Below, in pieces: positions 60,538 through 64,000 of a stretch of DNA of 64,000 nt. Position numbers and translations under genes: made by a program. The first letter of the stretch is position 1. Each line of letters begins with the position of its first letter. The notes under the pieces are model-generated. The model made no database searches. It was not told the DNA's origin and saw only the letters and a program-made list of their open reading frames with translations. The stretch is from Camelus dromedarius (lineage: Eukaryota): assembly GCF_036321535.1 (NCBI RefSeq), contig NC_087437.1, forward strand, positions 46,254,001 through 46,318,000. The letters are read 5' to 3'.

Positions 60538-61305
60538 TGTTAGTTTCACAGAGTTGCTATAACAAAGCACCACAAATTGGGTGACTTAAAAACAACAGAA
60601 ATTGAAGTATAGTATAGTTGAGTTACAATATTGGTTTTAGGTGTACAAGATTGTAATTAAATATTTTTATAGATTATACTCCAACAAGGTTATTATAAAA
60701 TATTGACTGTATCTCCTGTGCTGTACATTACATCACTGTAACTTACTTATTTTATACCTAGTGGTTTGTACCACTTAATCTCCTTCACCTATTTTGCCTC
60801 TCCCGCCACCGCACTCCCCTCTGGTAACCACTAGTTCTCTATATCTGTGAGTCTGTTTCTGCTTTATTATATTTGTTCGTCAAAAACCACAGAAATTTAT
60901 CCTCTCACATTTCTGGAGGTGGGAAGTCCAAAATCAAGGTGTTTTAGGGGCCATGCTCCCTCCAAGGCTCTTAGAGAAGGACACTTCTTTGTCTCTCCTA
61001 GTGTCTGGAAGCCTCAGGTGTCCCTTGGCTTATGGTAGCTACAGCCTCTGTCTCTAGCTTCACACGAGTGTCTTCCCTCTGTATCTCTGTCTGCACAGGT
61101 GCTCTCTCTGTGTTCTGTGAGCAGATTTCCCTCTTAAAAGGACGCTGGTGATATTGGATTAAGGCCAATTCTGTGACCTCATTTTAACCTAAATCTTAAA
61201 TCTGCAAAATCCCTGGTCCCAGATAAGATCACATTCACGACTACTGGGGGTGGGGGTAGAACTTCAACCCATCTTTTTTGAGGGGACACAGTGCAACCCA
61301 TATCA
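60538..61305 (-). mobile_element. MaLR solo LTR (MLT1B/C-like) split by an L1 3' end
   Basis: tgttagtttc...gctataacaaagcaccacaaattgggtgacttaaa...gaagtccaaaatcaaggtg...gggacacagtgcaacccatatCA; 5-bp flanks cagtc / gagtc. Confidence 0.9.
60604..60881 (-). mobile_element. 5'-truncated L1 3' end (cetartiodactyl-type) with 16-bp TSD and no poly(A)
   Basis: gaagtatagttga..tacaatatt...aggtgtacaa...cctgtgctgtaca...ctggtaaccactag...ctgtgagtctgtttctg; flanks AAAAACAACAGAAATT (60588-60603) and AAAAACCACAGAAATT (60882-60897). Confidence 0.9.
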
Positions 61306-64000
61306 GAGTCTAAGGTTTTACTCTAGTGGGGCAGACAGGCATTTACTTGTCATCAGAAAAACAGATACAAAGTAACTTAAGAGTGAAGGACTACATGGGA
61401 GAGAGACAGGGTGCTCCAGTATCTCCCACAATGAGGATTAAACTTGGTCTGGATTCTGCAGAAAGTATGCTTGGGCTGAGTAAGTACTAGCTAGGTGCAG
61501 AGGGGTGGGCAGAGCAATCAGCACATGCAGAAATACCCTGAGAGAAAGAAGGATGTGAGTACCAAAGACTAGAGGGCCTGGAGTGGAGAAAGCAAAGGAC
61601 TGAGACCAGGATGATCAGTGCCCCAGAGGCTGGTCATTACCAGACCGTGCGGGGTGTAGAGCTCAACACTGGGCATTTGTATCCTCATCCTGAGAGAATC
61701 AGGAAGCTGTTGAAGGGTTTAAGCTGTACTGGAGTTTGGGAAGGCAAGGATGCCATGAGGGTGGCCATGCCTGATTTGCATATCATAACCATCACTCCAG
61801 CGGAGTTTGGAGAATAGTTGGGCGCAATGCAGACTGGATGAGGGCACATTCAGTCACACATAGGAAGCTCTGGCAGGTGAGAGGTGATGTAGCTTACACT
61901 GGGGAGGTAGAGCTGGAGATTTGTAGAAGAGGGAGAATTTCCAAAAATATTTGGAGGATGGAACAATATAGAAGTTGGGGGTTGGTTGGACATGGGTAGA
62001 ACCTAGTTAAGGAAGGCGTGGAAGCTCCTGGCCTGGAAAGGCTGGAAATGACTCCACTGAGAGAGGGAACCCTGGGAGATGACCCGATTTGTGGAGGGAA
62101 GATTATGAGAGGAGCTTCCTTTGAAGTGACATTAAGACATCCAAGAAGAGACATCAGACAGGCAGTTGGATATACAGATCCCTGTTTGAGGCAGTTAACA
62201 TTTTGTTCAGTAACTGAAATTTCTTGCAGCCCTGAACAAGTACATTCGGTGGGGGTCTGGTCTCTGCTTCTCATGCCAAAGGGAGGACTCTCGCGCCTCA
62301 GGCTTCCAAAACAGGTTTTAAAAACACAAGGCAAATTATTCTCTTCTAGCCGTAATAGCTATACTTTTGGGAGCTACCACTGGACAATATTTGGAGGAGT
62401 CCGCTAATTGGTAAAGAGGCCCAGTGAGTGGAATGTTTTAGACACGGTTAACTGACGGGACAGAAATGGCACACAACTCAGCAAATTTTAATTTTTCCAT
62501 GAAATATATCACTAAAATAACAGGATGAGAAATTAGTGATCTCTAATTACTGTTTTTGTTTGTTTATTTGTTTTGTATCAGAGATAAAGATTAAAATACT
62601 TTTGGAAAAGGCAAGTGAAGTACCACTTCTTTTAACCTTACAAGCATCCTCTGGACCTAATATAACTTTACTTCTCTTTCTGCCTCTTGAAAACATCTAC
62701 TTTCTCTTGCCTATAAAATTTCTCAGCATTTTCCCTCGGCCTGGGAGGCCCTTGTGATTTGAGTATTAAAAATGTTTGCTGCCCTTTTCTTGCTGCTCAA
62801 AATTCATCTAGGATCATGGGCCAGTGGCTTCCGTACTCAGCTGTCGTGCTCACCCACTAATTAGCTAGCTCTTCTGGATGAGAGCTTGTTGCTTTTTCTT
62901 GGGACTGATGTCACTGTGCTGGGAAGCTCTGCACTGTCTTTTATTCATAGAGCCTCTTTTTTGCACCCCACCTTGCTTTAATTATTCAGACTTTTTCTAA
63001 GACTGAAAGAGAAAAGCTGATAGTGGTATCTCTTTCTCTAAAGGCTGGCTCTAATCCTGAGACAATTTCTTTCCAACTGGGAGAAAAGTTACCTTAGCAA
63101 CTAATTAACTCAATTAACTTTTCCCCTCCTCCTTTATCAATATTCAATTAACATTAAATCGCTTCTTTGCTAAGCTCTGTACTTTTATAACCTTCTGGGC
63201 AAATAGCTGAAGTGGACCAAGAATTGCAGAGGAGCTGGATGAGGAAAGGCTCAGAGGGGCCACAGTGTACAGCTGAAGACTCAGAACCTGAAGGCATCTC
63301 CTTCATCCCCCCAATCTTCCCTCGGTGTATTTTAAAACCCCTGGATGCAATTTAGATGCAGCAGTTGGGAATGGAGGGGACAGGGACAACACTCTGAAGT
63401 GGCCAAGTTTAAATTTCTAGCATTCAGTAGAATGAGGCTCAGGGCAGAAGTAGGTAGATGTAAGGAAAGACAAAGTTATATGTTTTGCATTTTGAGTTTA
63501 TGGACAGAGATTCATATTACAGTTGTGAAAAGTAGTGGTGGACAAAAAAGTGACACTTACCAAATTAAAAAACTGTTTTTATTATGAAGGTCAAGAAGTA
63601 AAAGGTAGATTTTCCCTGAAAGAATCAAAGGATAAGTGAACTGGATACTAGCCTTTCTCCCCCTCCTATTCCTGCAAGCTGGTTTGGAAATCCACCTCCT
63701 CCAAATGCAGAAATAAGTAGCTCATTTGGAAGTTCTCAGCACTACATCTGCCACTGCATTTGCTTCCTTAACCTCATTATTACCTGCCCTAGATATGTTC
63801 TCTATCCTGAACATGGCTTTATGCTTCTTATTGACATCATCCTTTCTGGGAATGAATGGGGGTAAGAATAAATGCATTTATTTTGTTCTGTCAAATTAAT
63901 CATTTAGGCAAAGTGAGTGAATTGATGTATATGAATGCAAAGGCATCTCAGTGACCATTGTTGGGTGCTCACTACCTGGTACTCTAAGTACTTCGATGGT

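Larger units (their letters stand above)
60440..62200 (-). mobile_element. L2 LINE (outer element of a three-layer nest)
   Basis: cctggcattgtgctgg...ggtctctgccctcacatagcttacagtc [LTR] ...tctagtggggcagacagg...ggaagctgttgaagggttttaagc...ttaagacatccaag...ggcagttggatatac. Confidence 0.85.

Noticed and set aside
61894..62407. Overlapping 146-aa and 129-aa ORFs
   Set aside because: Largely inside the decayed L2 element.
1..64000. CRISPR arrays, operons or other prokaryotic systems
   Set aside because: The sequence is mammalian (MIR, L1, L2, MaLR); no regularly spaced repeat-spacer array or gene-dense region is present.

Overview
AT-rich (roughly 40% GC by eye), CpG-depleted mammalian non-coding DNA (large intron or intergenic). 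It is most likely from a camelid, because three copies of a tRNA-derived SINE match my recollection of the camelid Vic-1 family. I recognise no protein-coding exon, RNA gene or CpG island; the ORF track is explained by chance ORFs and decayed L1 fragments. Much of the window is interspersed repeats: MIR, L2, L1M, MaLR/ERV LTRs, and hAT and Tigger DNA transposons, often nested. Family names come from recalled consensus sequences, not a search, so subfamily calls and most boundaries are approximate. The strongest structures are visible directly in the sequence. (1) A SINE inserted together with ~300 bp of unique sequence, an AATAAA signal and a second pure poly(A), all inside one target-site duplication (TSD) (46113-46643). 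(2) A TSD-bounded chimeric L1 whose young 3' UTR is fused to an old L1MB/MC-type 3' terminus (25174-25568). (3) A ~130-bp templated copy of one MIR inserted into another MIR 1.6 kb away. (4) An ORF1-only L1 nested in an older L1. (5) A near full-length Blackjack hAT transposon inside an L2. I found no evidence of a new gene system; the novelty is in atypical retrotransposition and repair products.
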